DNA of 64,000 bases from a virus (lineage: Duplodnaviria > Heunggongvirae > Uroviricota > Caudoviricetes), in IMG/VR virus record IMGVR_UViG_3300044712_000123. One strand, 5' to 3'. The notes under the pieces are model-generated. The model saw nothing but the letters and a program-made list of their open reading frames with translations, was not told the origin of the DNA and made no database searches. How positions within the stretch are numbered: the first letter of the stretch is position 1; the number at the start of each line of letters is the position of its first letter. The translations under genes and the position numbers were made by a program. Positions 36,136 to 45,550 of the stretch are shown here, piece by piece.

Positions 36136-36566
36136 CTAATCTCTGTTCTTCCGTCACCCAAATCTTTTGTTCTAACCATACGCATATCTCGATTAGTTGG
36201 ATCAGCTTGTTGTTGTTCATAAACTTCGAGTGCTACATTGCGACAAATTGTTTGGAACCAGCGATCCACAATGACTGAATCAGCTTCGTCATCCTTCATT
36301 TTGTAACCAGCACGAATCAAATTAAGAATGAACTTGTCATTCCAATCTAGTTCGAATGCACCTGAGTTAATATCGTTAGGATCGATATCCATACCCAATA
36401 TATTCACGTAGGGATCTCCTGCGGCAGTTGCTTTCTCTTTAGCAGTTAACTCAGGTGTAACCTTCTTTTCCTTAGGCTTGCGTGGTTTCTTTACCTTAGG
36501 CATTACAGGAGCTGGCGCTGGTTCTGGAGTCTCTTTCTTTCCAAATAGTTTATCAAATAGTCCCAT
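36132..36566 (-). CDS. hypothetical protein with a Pro/Lys-rich N-terminus
   Basis: ORF on the track. Confidence 0.35.
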   Translation of the reverse strand: MGLFDKLFGKKETPEPAPAPVMPKVKKPRKPKEKKVTPELTAKEKATAAGDPYVNILGMDIDPNDINSGAFELDWNDKFILNLIRAGYKMKDDEADSVIVDRWFQTICRNVALEVYEQQQADPTNRDMRMVRTKDLGDGRTEIS

Positions 36567-37585
36567 TATTTTACTTTCTCATATAGTTTAAAGCTGGCCA
36601 AGTTCTTACCTTTAGCCTCGCACATCATATCGAATTTATCATAGAATGACAGTGCCCAATCATTTACTGCATCATTCCAGTAATAGTCTGAGTGTGCGCG
36701 AAGTTTCTGTTTGCTATGACCTGCGGCAATCAACGCACCATGATCGGGTAAGATGTGTCCGGGATGTTGAGTAAGTACATCTTCCCGAGAAACACTGTAA
36801 TGGAGAGTAGGACGAATGCCCCTCCAACTATCAATAACCTTTTTAACAAGATCATCATTGCAGTCAAGATAGGTTCCCTCACGAATCCAATTATGGTGAA
36901 TGTCCAAGACCGTAGGGACGAGGTCAGATAATGATAAGCAGTCAGATAGTCCATGTGTGTATTCCTCATTTTCGAGTGTTAGTGTGTTTCGTGCCTCAGG
37001 TGACAACTTGCCAAAAACATCCCTGATACCCTGAGGGCCTCTGCGACCAGAAATGTGTACGTTGATTTTGATATCTTGAAACTGTTTACCATAGCCCATC
37101 ATACGAGCCATGTCAACGTGATATTCAAATTCTTCGATACTCTTATTTACTACCTCGTCACGGTCGCTTGCAAGAACCACAAACTGATCGGGGTGAAACG
37201 AAAGACGAACGTTGTTTTGTCGTGCAGTCTCACCTAGAGGTGCGAACCAACGAGCAAGTGAATCCTGAGTGTTTTGACTTTGCCAGAAGTCTGTGTAATC
37301 TTCATGCGTATAGAACGACAACATGTCCGATGTGATACGCAACATACGCAGGGGTTCGGGAAGTGTTGCAACTTTCTTAATCAGTGCATGAGTGTTGACA
37401 ATATTGGTCTTAGCAACATCGATGATTTTTTGTTCGACTGCAGGACGATTGTTACGCTTTGCCCAAGCAAGTGTAGTACCACCTGTGTTCAAGCCTTCGA
37501 CACTGGAAATCTCGCCTTTCTTGTTAATTTCAGCGAATTTACAAGCAAAACCGATACGTTTAGTGTTAAGGTCAAAAGAGTGCAT
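36566..37585 (-). CDS. uvdE: UV-damage endonuclease
   Basis: Conserved UvdE blocks RIGFAC, LRITSDMLSF, NVRLSFHPDQFVVL, EEFEYHVDMARMMG, INVHISG, LTLENEEYTH and DIHHNW. Confidence 0.85.
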   Translation of the reverse strand: MHSFDLNTKRIGFACKFAEINKKGEISSVEGLNTGGTTLAWAKRNNRPAVEQKIIDVAKTNIVNTHALIKKVATLPEPLRMLRITSDMLSFYTHEDYTDFWQSQNTQDSLARWFAPLGETARQNNVRLSFHPDQFVVLASDRDEVVNKSIEEFEYHVDMARMMGYGKQFQDIKINVHISGRRGPQGIRDVFGKLSPEARNTLTLENEEYTHGLSDCLSLSDLVPTVLDIHHNWIREGTYLDCNDDLVKKVIDSWRGIRPTLHYSVSREDVLTQHPGHILPDHGALIAAGHSKQKLRAHSDYYWNDAVNDWALSFYDKFDMMCEAKGKNLASFKLYEKVK

Positions 37586-37597
37586 AAGAGTCCAAAG

Positions 37598-37606
37598 TGA
37601 TAAATA
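37598..37606 (+). promoter_or_regulatory. TGATAAATA motif, candidate promoter element for the + strand island
   Basis: Exact 9-mer, 54 nt upstream of ATG 37661. Confidence 0.3.
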
Positions 37607-37660
37607 ATATAATACTATAACACATCTGTGTTTTTATGTCAACTATTTACGGATACAACT

Positions 37661-38227
37661 ATGAGAATCAATGAATTTATCAATGAGGGCAAAAAACCCG
37701 GTTTATGGGCAAACATTCACGCTAAACAAAACCGCATTAAAAACGGTTCCGGTGAGAAGATGCGTAAGCCAGGAAGTAAGGGCGCGCCTTCTGCACAAGA
37801 TTTCAAAGATGCAGCAAATGAAGCAGCCAATCCAGCACAACAAGCTGCCATTGCTATTAGCAAAAAAGAGCAAGATGTCTCAGAAGACTGGCAAAAGGTC
37901 AACAAAAAGGACAAAACTGACGGTATGAGCAAGAAGGCTGTCAAAGCCTATCGCCGTGAGAATCCAGGTTCTAAACTAAAGACCGCTGTCACAACTAAGC
38001 CTTCAAAATTAAAGAAGGGCTCTAAGAGTGCAAAACGCCGTAAGAGTTTCTGCGCACGTATGAGTGGAATGAAAAAGGCTCATGCAAGTGCTAAGACTAA
38101 ACGAGATCCGGATAGCCCAATCAACAAAGCATTGCGCCGTTGGAACTGCGAATCAGTAGAACAACTACAAGAATTGGTAATGATCGCCGAACAATATATA
38201 GCAACAAAAAAGAAAGAATTGAAATGA
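37661..38227 (+). CDS. basic Lys-rich protein with N-terminal MRINEFINE; candidate propeptide-tagged virion protein
   Basis: Start reassigned to the internal ATG 37661. The MRxNEF(I/L)xE N-terminus is shared with 40557, 41414 and 62914. Confidence 0.45.
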   Translation: MRINEFINEGKKPGLWANIHAKQNRIKNGSGEKMRKPGSKGAPSAQDFKDAANEAANPAQQAAIAISKKEQDVSEDWQKVNKKDKTDGMSKKAVKAYRRENPGSKLKTAVTTKPSKLKKGSKSAKRRKSFCARMSGMKKAHASAKTKRDPDSPINKALRRWNCESVEQLQELVMIAEQYIATKKKELK

Positions 38228-40005
38228 ACTTCAAAGAACTATACGAAGGCGCAACGCCAAAACTACCCGGAGCGTTTAATGGCGTTCAAGTAATGACACC
38301 TCAGCAATTTGTTGCTAAAGCAGGTGATATGGCAGGTGAAGAAGTTGATGAAGGGTATCCCAAACATCAAGACTTGAGTGGTGTCAGTACTGACAAACTC
38401 AAAGCATATCTTGCTAAACAAAGTCAGCAATCAGTGCCGGGTGAAGGTAGTCAGGTCAAGCGTGTACAAGCTGAATTACAGCGTAGAAGTCAAGGTGTGG
38501 AGGAAGGCATCGGCGATACTATTAAGCGCGGAGTCAAGAGCGTCAAGCGTGGTATGCAGGGTTGGGGGCAGTTAAATGATGTGCCGGACGATGACCCAAG
38601 ATTGTTACCTGGGGCTAAAGATACACCAAGACAATTAGTGGCACGTAACAAAGGCTATGATGACAAAACTGTAAAGCAATTAGCTCGTCCTGTTAAATCA
38701 AGTTTCCCGTTCGGTGGTGATGATACTACAAGTCCGCATAGCCCAAGAGGATTGCAAAAGCGTGTATTAGATCGTGAAATGAAAAAACGCGGACTGGATG
38801 AGCAAGGTGTATCTGAAGGTGAAGAACACCTAGCAAGAATTCGTAAACTATCTGGCTTAGAAGAAGCAACTAAACTGCCAGCACAAAGTCGTGACTTAGG
38901 TGGCCAAGAGTTTCAAGACTACATGAAACGTATTCAAGGTACTCCTGACGTAGACAAAGCTGGTAACGTTAAAGTAGACAAGAAGGGCAACGAGAAGTAT
39001 GTCACTGGTAAAACAAAGACAGACAAGTACAAGATGCCCTATATCCATCGTTCAAGTGTTATCACATACTTGAGTCCTGATGGCAAGACTTACAGTGAAG
39101 ATGCTATTAAAAAGACGCTAGCAATTCGTCCTAAAGCATTGTTAAAGCAGAACGAAAAGATGAAGCATTCTAACGGAGAGTTTGAACAATTCTTCAACGT
39201 TGGTTTCGCAGCATTGACGGGAATTGCATTAGACGAACAAACTAACAACCTAATCATTGTAAACACATGCCCAGGCGCTGGTTCATGTAAAGTTGATTGC
39301 TTCGCTATGAAGGGCGGTAAGGTTCAGTTTAAGAATGCTTGGCAAAGTGATGGCCGTATCTTAACATATCTATTGAATGATCCAGATGGCTTCTTCAATC
39401 AACTAAGTGCAGAGATTACAAAAGAATCTGAAGCAGGTAAAAAGGGTGATAAGAAGTTCCCTGGTGGTTGGAATGTAACAGTTCGCTGGCATGATGCTGG
39501 TGATTTCTTTAGTCCAGAATATCTAGACTTAGCATTGAAGATGGCTGCAAAGCATCCTGATGTTAAGTTCTATGCTTACACAAAGATGGCTGGTGCTGCA
39601 TTAGCTAAGAAGCCAGACAACTTTATCATCAACTGGTCAGAAGGCGCAAGCTCAAGTCAAGAGAAACAAGTTAAAGCACAAGATCCTAACTTAGAACAAA
39701 CTAAGAATAGTCGTATCGTTCCTGAGAAGTTATTCTATGACTTGTTAGCTAAAGACGAGAAGGGTAACTTAGCTAAAGGACCTGCTGGTCAATGGCAACC
39801 TGCTAGCCCAGAAGCATTGAAGCAAATGAAACAGCGTATTGCACAAGCATACAACATCAGCCCATCAAGTATCTTGTCATATGACGAATATACAAGCAAG
39901 CCTAAAGTCGCTGGTATGAAGTACAACGTTATTGTAGCTCCAGGTGAAGGTGATATCAGTGCTAACGATCCTAACGTACTAAGCACATTGTTGTTGAGAC
40001 ACTAA
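38224..40005 (+). CDS. hypothetical 594-aa protein with N-terminal MNFKELYEG
   Basis: ATG overlaps the upstream stop as ATGA. No catalytic motif recognised beyond a CPGAGSCKVDC Cys cluster. Confidence 0.45.
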   Translation: MNFKELYEGATPKLPGAFNGVQVMTPQQFVAKAGDMAGEEVDEGYPKHQDLSGVSTDKLKAYLAKQSQQSVPGEGSQVKRVQAELQRRSQGVEEGIGDTIKRGVKSVKRGMQGWGQLNDVPDDDPRLLPGAKDTPRQLVARNKGYDDKTVKQLARPVKSSFPFGGDDTTSPHSPRGLQKRVLDREMKKRGLDEQGVSEGEEHLARIRKLSGLEEATKLPAQSRDLGGQEFQDYMKRIQGTPDVDKAGNVKVDKKGNEKYVTGKTKTDKYKMPYIHRSSVITYLSPDGKTYSEDAIKKTLAIRPKALLKQNEKMKHSNGEFEQFFNVGFAALTGIALDEQTNNLIIVNTCPGAGSCKVDCFAMKGGKVQFKNAWQSDGRILTYLLNDPDGFFNQLSAEITKESEAGKKGDKKFPGGWNVTVRWHDAGDFFSPEYLDLALKMAAKHPDVKFYAYTKMAGAALAKKPDNFIINWSEGASSSQEKQVKAQDPNLEQTKNSRIVPEKLFYDLLAKDEKGNLAKGPAGQWQPASPEALKQMKQRIAQAYNISPSSILSYDEYTSKPKVAGMKYNVIVAPGEGDISANDPNVLSTLLLRH

Positions 40006-40006
40006 G

Positions 40007-40570
40007 ATGCGTGATCTGATTCAGCTACTTGAGGATAAGTCAAAGCCTCAAGATATAGAAATCATCGCTCTTAACTTTGAGCCAAAAGATGTAAGTCCTG
40101 TGTTGTCGAAAGACACACTAGACTTGCACTATGGCAAGTTAGCGCATGGCTATGCTGAACGATACAACAAGAAAGAGGGCGATAGAGAGTTTAACTACGC
40201 AGGCGCGTTCTTACACAATCTATTGTTTACTCAGTTTCGTGAAGTCAGAAACAATAACAAACCAAATGGTCCCGTTGAAAAACTAATCAACTCTCGTTAC
40301 AAATCATGGGACAACTTCAAAGACAAGTTTCTAGAAGAAGCAATGAAGATTGAAGGCAGTGGCTGGGTATACTTAGCTACTGATGGTAGCATCAAGACTA
40401 TCAAGAACCACGATGTTCGTGATGACATTCTATTGTTAGTAGACTGGTGGGAACATGCATGGTTGCTTGACTACGAATCGAACAAAACTAAATACTTAAA
40501 AGAGCAGTGGAAGATCATCAATTGGAATGTAATCAACACTCGCTGGGGCAAGAATTATGAGAGCAAATGA
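40007..40570 (+). CDS. Fe/Mn superoxide dismutase-like protein
   Basis: C-terminal VDWWEHAWLLDY...WKIINWNVINTRW matches the SOD DVWEHAYYLDY..W..VNW..V signature. GSGWVYL and the N-terminal His ligands (LHYGKLAH) are present, although the HH pair reads HY. N-terminus MRDLIQLLED. Confidence 0.65.
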   Translation: MRDLIQLLEDKSKPQDIEIIALNFEPKDVSPVLSKDTLDLHYGKLAHGYAERYNKKEGDREFNYAGAFLHNLLFTQFREVRNNNKPNGPVEKLINSRYKSWDNFKDKFLEEAMKIEGSGWVYLATDGSIKTIKNHDVRDDILLLVDWWEHAWLLDYESNKTKYLKEQWKIINWNVINTRWGKNYESK

Positions 40571-41414
40571 ATTTCTAAATGAGACACAAGAACTAGACGA
40601 AATCGAAAGATTACGTCCAAATGACTATGCAGGCGGCAAAGAAAGTCTATACGATAAGCAAGTTGGCAAGCAGGTAAAGAAACTACCAGGTGGTAGTGGA
40701 TTTCTTTATTCTACTAGTGAGGGTCGTTGGGGTGGTACTGATATCAAACTTTGGGATCCAAACGGTAAAGATTTTATTGCTCAAAAAGAAAGAGGTGTTC
40801 AACCTAAACCAGTGCGTGGCCAAAGAGAGTCGAGCTTCAGTTACGACCGTAGACTTTGGGATTGGCAAAGAGCACAACGTGATTTGAATACACCAGGTCA
40901 ATTGATCGGCAAGTTGTCAGTTAGCAATGCTAATGATTTCCCATTAAAAGGTGCAGTACAAGTTGACACTATCACTGTAGATGAAGATTACCGTGGTGTA
41001 GGTCTTGCTAAAGCATTGTATGGTATCGTGTTAACTATCATGAAGCGTCCATTAGTCGCAGGATCAAGTCAAACGCCCGGTGGTCGTAGAAACTGGGTCA
41101 GTCTTGCTGGCATCCCCGGAGTAGAAATGAAGGGTTATATCAAGTTCGAAGAAGACGAGTTAGATGCTGATCCAAGAATAAATGATATGAGGTCCACTAA
41201 ACAAGCGAACCAAATAATCGATACTGTCATGGGTCAATTAGGTGGACAATATATTGGTCGTGGAAAATATGATGAAGAATTCTTTGCGTTTGACGTTAAG
41301 CCAAATACAACAGGTACAGAATTAGAAGCATACGTTAAAACCAAATTGAATCCTGTATACGGTAACTTCAACTCATCTACTGGCTTATACGCTATCTGGA
41401 CTGGACCAGCATAA
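40557..41414 (+). CDS. protein with N-terminal MRANEFLNE and a GNAT-like motif A (YRGVGLAKALY)
   Basis: Overlaps the SOD-like stop. Confidence 0.45.
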   Translation: MRANEFLNETQELDEIERLRPNDYAGGKESLYDKQVGKQVKKLPGGSGFLYSTSEGRWGGTDIKLWDPNGKDFIAQKERGVQPKPVRGQRESSFSYDRRLWDWQRAQRDLNTPGQLIGKLSVSNANDFPLKGAVQVDTITVDEDYRGVGLAKALYGIVLTIMKRPLVAGSSQTPGGRRNWVSLAGIPGVEMKGYIKFEEDELDADPRINDMRSTKQANQIIDTVMGQLGGQYIGRGKYDEEFFAFDVKPNTTGTELEAYVKTKLNPVYGNFNSSTGLYAIWTGPA

Positions 41415-42991
41415 TGAGAGCTACTGAATTCATCACCGAAGAAGCTAAAAACGCTAAGTACAATGGATTGACGTTGAAGTACGCATTCAATGACCGTGCA
41501 TTGATTATGAAGGCGTTCGAGCCTATTACTAAAAATCCACTAGCTTATGTTAAGTTCGTAAAAGAAAACGAAGAACTATATCCACAGGATCTTTGGGTCA
41601 ACGATGAATATCGCAACAAGGGCATTGCCAAGTCGATGTATGACTATCTAAAAAGTGAAGGCTATGTCATCAATAGAAGTCACGACCAGACTAAAGCCGG
41701 AGCCGGCTTCTGGGATAAGCATCGTGGTGAGGATGCATACGTTTGGGAAGACGAAAAGTTAGACGAACTATTTCAACCCGGTAAAAACTGGGAATGGACG
41801 TTTCGAGGTAGCGAAGAAGCTGTTGCCGTCTTTGACATTGGAGATGTTGAATATGTGTTTCATGCATATGGACCAGATCCGATATGGGAAGTTGGATTTA
41901 GACAACGTGAACAAGCAGAATGGGACAAAGCATTTGGACTAACTGGCACTGGTAATTCAGCAGAAGTCATGAGTACTGTAGTTGATATCATGCGATCATT
42001 TTTAGCCCAGTACAAAGACAAAATAGGAACATTGGTATTCAGTGCAAAGGAAGATTCGCGCCAAGGGTTATATGCTAGAATGGTTAAACGACTACTACCC
42101 GACTGGACTATGAAACAAGAAGGTCAAAGTTTTATACTCACCGCTCCTAAACAAGTAGATGAAGAAATTACAGATGAAATGGCTCTTAAACAGTTTACCC
42201 CAATAGGTGACTTTGAGAAGCCAGGACCATTTAAAGCAGTTGATAAGCGTCTAGTTCAACACCAGACTAATCAATTAAAGGCTGAAAAATTCTTTGAACA
42301 AACGCCATATGATTTCAGATTGTTTTTCAGCAACATTCCAGGTACTGGCAAATATGCTGAAACTGGTCCAGTCAATGCGCAACAATTACAACAAATGTTT
42401 GGCCCTGAATATGCCAAGCAAATTCTAGCTGACAGTGAAGATGCTATTACCGTTGTATTCGTAGGTAACAGTGGTGCAGACAAAGTAATGATTACTCCAT
42501 GGATCATGGCACATAGATTTGGTCATGCGATTCAAGCAGGTGCAAGGCGTAACCAAGGATGGAGTACATGGAAAGAAGCTGAAAAGCATTTCTTTACCAC
42601 AGTCAATACTTTGTTGGCAGACTACTATCGCAAACAGTCACGCTCTAGTGGTAGACAGCATGACATGCAAGGTGATCTAACACAAGAATACAACGCACTA
42701 TTCAACGCACTTGGTACCCAACGTAGCAGTCGCACCGGACAGATCAAACGTCCGTACGAATTCTTGTATGAGATATTTGCACAATATCTAAAGACTGGTG
42801 AAGTTACCTTTAACCCATTACCGCAGCGTATAGATTATGGTAGAAAAGCATGGGGTACTAGCACCAAGGGTATGTCTGCACAACCAGGAGCAGAAGACTT
42901 ACGAGACATGGCAGAAATTCTTGCAAGAGATATGCAATACATGTTTGATGATGTATTGTCTAGCTCAGTAGGTCAAGTCTTTGTAATGTAA
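41414..42991 (+). CDS. 525-aa protein with N-terminal MRATEFITEE and a GNAT-like motif A (YRNKGIAKSMY)
   Basis: ATG overlaps the upstream stop as ATGA; last gene of the + strand island. Confidence 0.45.
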   Translation: MRATEFITEEAKNAKYNGLTLKYAFNDRALIMKAFEPITKNPLAYVKFVKENEELYPQDLWVNDEYRNKGIAKSMYDYLKSEGYVINRSHDQTKAGAGFWDKHRGEDAYVWEDEKLDELFQPGKNWEWTFRGSEEAVAVFDIGDVEYVFHAYGPDPIWEVGFRQREQAEWDKAFGLTGTGNSAEVMSTVVDIMRSFLAQYKDKIGTLVFSAKEDSRQGLYARMVKRLLPDWTMKQEGQSFILTAPKQVDEEITDEMALKQFTPIGDFEKPGPFKAVDKRLVQHQTNQLKAEKFFEQTPYDFRLFFSNIPGTGKYAETGPVNAQQLQQMFGPEYAKQILADSEDAITVVFVGNSGADKVMITPWIMAHRFGHAIQAGARRNQGWSTWKEAEKHFFTTVNTLLADYYRKQSRSSGRQHDMQGDLTQEYNALFNALGTQRSSRTGQIKRPYEFLYEIFAQYLKTGEVTFNPLPQRIDYGRKAWGTSTKGMSAQPGAEDLRDMAEILARDMQYMFDDVLSSSVGQVFVM

Positions 42992-43819
42992 TTAAGGTAA
43001 CTTTAATAGTTCTTCAATACTATACAAGTTCTTCATATAGGGTGACACATCTTCTAGCACTGAGCTAGGTAAGTCACCCTTTCTTCTTGGGCCGTACACC
43101 ACATCAAAGTCAATATCGTTGACTTTCTGAAATACATTAACGATCTCTCGTACTGTGTGTCCCACACCATGCCCTAAACATTCAATTTTATTAGCTGGTT
43201 TCTCAATTGCCAATTTGAGTGCTTCACATACTTCGTTAACGTGAACATAGTCACGTACACAAGTACCATCAGGTGATACATCATAATCATTCCCGTATAT
43301 AGTGAACTGGTTTGTATCAGTTGCCTCAAACAATTTGTACATCAACCCATCAGGATTAGTAGGAGCGAATCCATCGCAACCAATCACATTGTAGAATCGA
43401 AAGATTGAATAGTCTTGTTTGTTCCTAAGAGTGCAGTACTCACGTATAACATCTTCTGCCGCGCGCTTACTAGTACCGTAAACGCTCTGACAATACTCAG
43501 CAGTACCGGTGCTAGCAAAAATGAAATTCTTCGTTTTGACACGATTTAGAATGTTCATCGTACCATTCAGATTAGTGATGTAATATTGAATAGGCATATG
43601 CTCACTCTCACCTACACGAACGAGAGCCGCTAAATGAATCACTGCATCATACTCGCTTTCAGGTTCAAACAGTCGATTGATATCTTGCTTGTAGAACCTA
43701 TCAACAGGTGCTTTAGGCATGTTTACATCAAGCCCGTGAATCTCATATTGGCCTTCTAACATCTTGCACAAATGACTGCCGATGTAACCTGAACTACCTG
43801 TGATTAGTATTTTCTTCAT
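42992..43819 (-). CDS. NAD-dependent sugar-nucleotide epimerase/dehydratase (extended SDR)
   Basis: Rossmann motif TGSSGYIGSHL and catalytic YGTSK (YxxxK). Confidence 0.7.
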   Translation of the reverse strand: MKKILITGSSGYIGSHLCKMLEGQYEIHGLDVNMPKAPVDRFYKQDINRLFEPESEYDAVIHLAALVRVGESEHMPIQYYITNLNGTMNILNRVKTKNFIFASTGTAEYCQSVYGTSKRAAEDVIREYCTLRNKQDYSIFRFYNVIGCDGFAPTNPDGLMYKLFEATDTNQFTIYGNDYDVSPDGTCVRDYVHVNEVCEALKLAIEKPANKIECLGHGVGHTVREIVNVFQKVNDIDFDVVYGPRRKGDLPSSVLEDVSPYMKNLYSIEELLKLP

Positions 43820-45162
43820 GCGAATGTAAACAGGTCTGAGCCCGTTGCTTCCTCTAATGGTTCAAATGATGGATCTTTTGACAAGTATGTGTCGTTGTCT
43901 GTATAGATAACTCTGTACTTATGTTTATTAGTAAGTGCAGACCTTGCGTCATCAATGCAAATTAGTTTACGACCTAGACCCTCAATATACTCACTGTACT
44001 TAACCGTAGTGTTCTCTAAAATCTTAGCAGTGTTACTATTAGATTGCTTGGGAACAAACTCAGTGAAACAATCATTCCACTTGCCGAATACACGCTTTTC
44101 CATAAAGTTAGCATGTTCTAATGAACCTAAGTTATACCAAGTTTCTGCTTTCTCAAACGACCCATAGAGTTCCTGTGCCCTTTGAGCCATGTTCTTTTTA
44201 TTACAATAGTAAAAGAATTCATCATTGAAGTTTTTAGTCCAACGTTGGTTCTCTAACACAAGAGTAGGTAATTGAATATGCTGTTCATAGAAAGCCATAC
44301 CATATGATTCAACGATACTCGGATTGAAGGCGATACGTGCCGAGGTCATGAATTCTACTTTCTCTTTTCCTATGATACCAACCTTAATTTCATAAGGTAC
44401 ACCTATCTTTTTTAATCGTTCTTCAAACTTCTTAGCACCGTTTGCACTAGTCATCACTTTCGCAGGGAATCGTGTTTGCTCGATTAAGTCTAAGAACAGT
44501 TCTGGATTCTTTCCTTCTTCCCAACGACCTACGAACAACACACCTTCACGAGGTTTATGATGTTCTTGTAAAAGATCAGGTTCACTGATAGGGATAGGAA
44601 GATGCCATGCACCTTTGTCTTCTAGTTCTAGCGAGTTAAACTTACTCTGTGTACCCAGCCATAGACCATCACACTCAAGTTGTCTACGCATCATATCATT
44701 AGTTGTATTCAAGAACGGGTTCTTAGTATCTTTGAAAATCTGACTTTCCAAATGAGTGTACGCAATTACTTGAATACAGTCTTCAAGACCCATAGTACTA
44801 GCGACCTGAACAGTTTCGTATGTGTTGCAAATAAGTGCATCATACAAGTTATGTTCCAGTGCTTCTACGATTGCATTTCTAAAGTTAGCCATACGCTCAT
44901 AGCAGAATGTATCACCGTACATAAAGATGCCACTATGTGTAGTGTACGGTAAAGACTCTTTAGGACTGATAATGTTAGCCTTTAAGGACTTAACAAAGTC
45001 GTTGTCTTTAGGTTCTTTATCAGTGATGATATCGACTTTGATATTATGACTATCCATCAGTTCACAAAAACTCTTAGCAAACTGACCAATACCACCATGA
45101 GGGATAAGAGTTTGGTAGCTTACTAAGAAGCCGATGCGTTTGTCGTATATTCTCATTACCAA
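43816..45162 (-). CDS. GT-B (GT4-like) glycosyltransferase
   Basis: C-terminal ESYGMAFYEQ (E-x7-E) and a FVGRWEEGKNPELFLDLIE donor-binding region. Confidence 0.55.
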   Translation of the reverse strand: MVMRIYDKRIGFLVSYQTLIPHGGIGQFAKSFCELMDSHNIKVDIITDKEPKDNDFVKSLKANIISPKESLPYTTHSGIFMYGDTFCYERMANFRNAIVEALEHNLYDALICNTYETVQVASTMGLEDCIQVIAYTHLESQIFKDTKNPFLNTTNDMMRRQLECDGLWLGTQSKFNSLELEDKGAWHLPIPISEPDLLQEHHKPREGVLFVGRWEEGKNPELFLDLIEQTRFPAKVMTSANGAKKFEERLKKIGVPYEIKVGIIGKEKVEFMTSARIAFNPSIVESYGMAFYEQHIQLPTLVLENQRWTKNFNDEFFYYCNKKNMAQRAQELYGSFEKAETWYNLGSLEHANFMEKRVFGKWNDCFTEFVPKQSNSNTAKILENTTVKYSEYIEGLGRKLICIDDARSALTNKHKYRVIYTDNDTYLSKDPSFEPLEEATGSDLFTFA

Positions 45163-45344
45163 CTTTCAACGTCAGTGATGTCCATCTTGATAGATTGCTT
45201 TGGATCGAACTCAATAGTAGTGACTGCACCAATACCCCCACCCTTGCTTGAATCTTCTGTAATGATTACCCGATCTAAATCATACATCTCAAATACTTCT
45301 TTTAGTTTCTCAAACTGCTTTCTTGTTATTACAACTTGTCTCAT
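45156..45344 (-). CDS. hypothetical protein
   Basis: ORF; its start sits in the conserved coupling block. Confidence 0.3.
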   Translation of the reverse strand: MRQVVITRKQFEKLKEVFEMYDLDRVIITEDSSKGGGIGAVTTIEFDPKQSIKMDITDVESW

Positions 45345-45550
45345 TCTTCAACTCCGAAATGTTCTTTAATTCTTCTACTGACAAATGCATTAGGGTCATT
45401 AAACCCTGCAACATCAGCGCATTCTTTTACGATCAACTCAGCAAACTTTTCTAAGCTGAATACATGGGTATGTAATCCAGTTTGTCCCGGCATATGAACC
45501 ATCGACTGTTCTGCGATGTTTTCAAATACTTCACGCATCATGTTCCCCAT
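45341..45550 (-). CDS. EHFGVEE-family small protein (copy 3)
   Basis: LEKFAELIVKECADVA...IKEHFGVEE. Confidence 0.5.
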   Translation of the reverse strand: MGNMMREVFENIAEQSMVHMPGQTGLHTHVFSLEKFAELIVKECADVAGFNDPNAFVSRRIKEHFGVEE

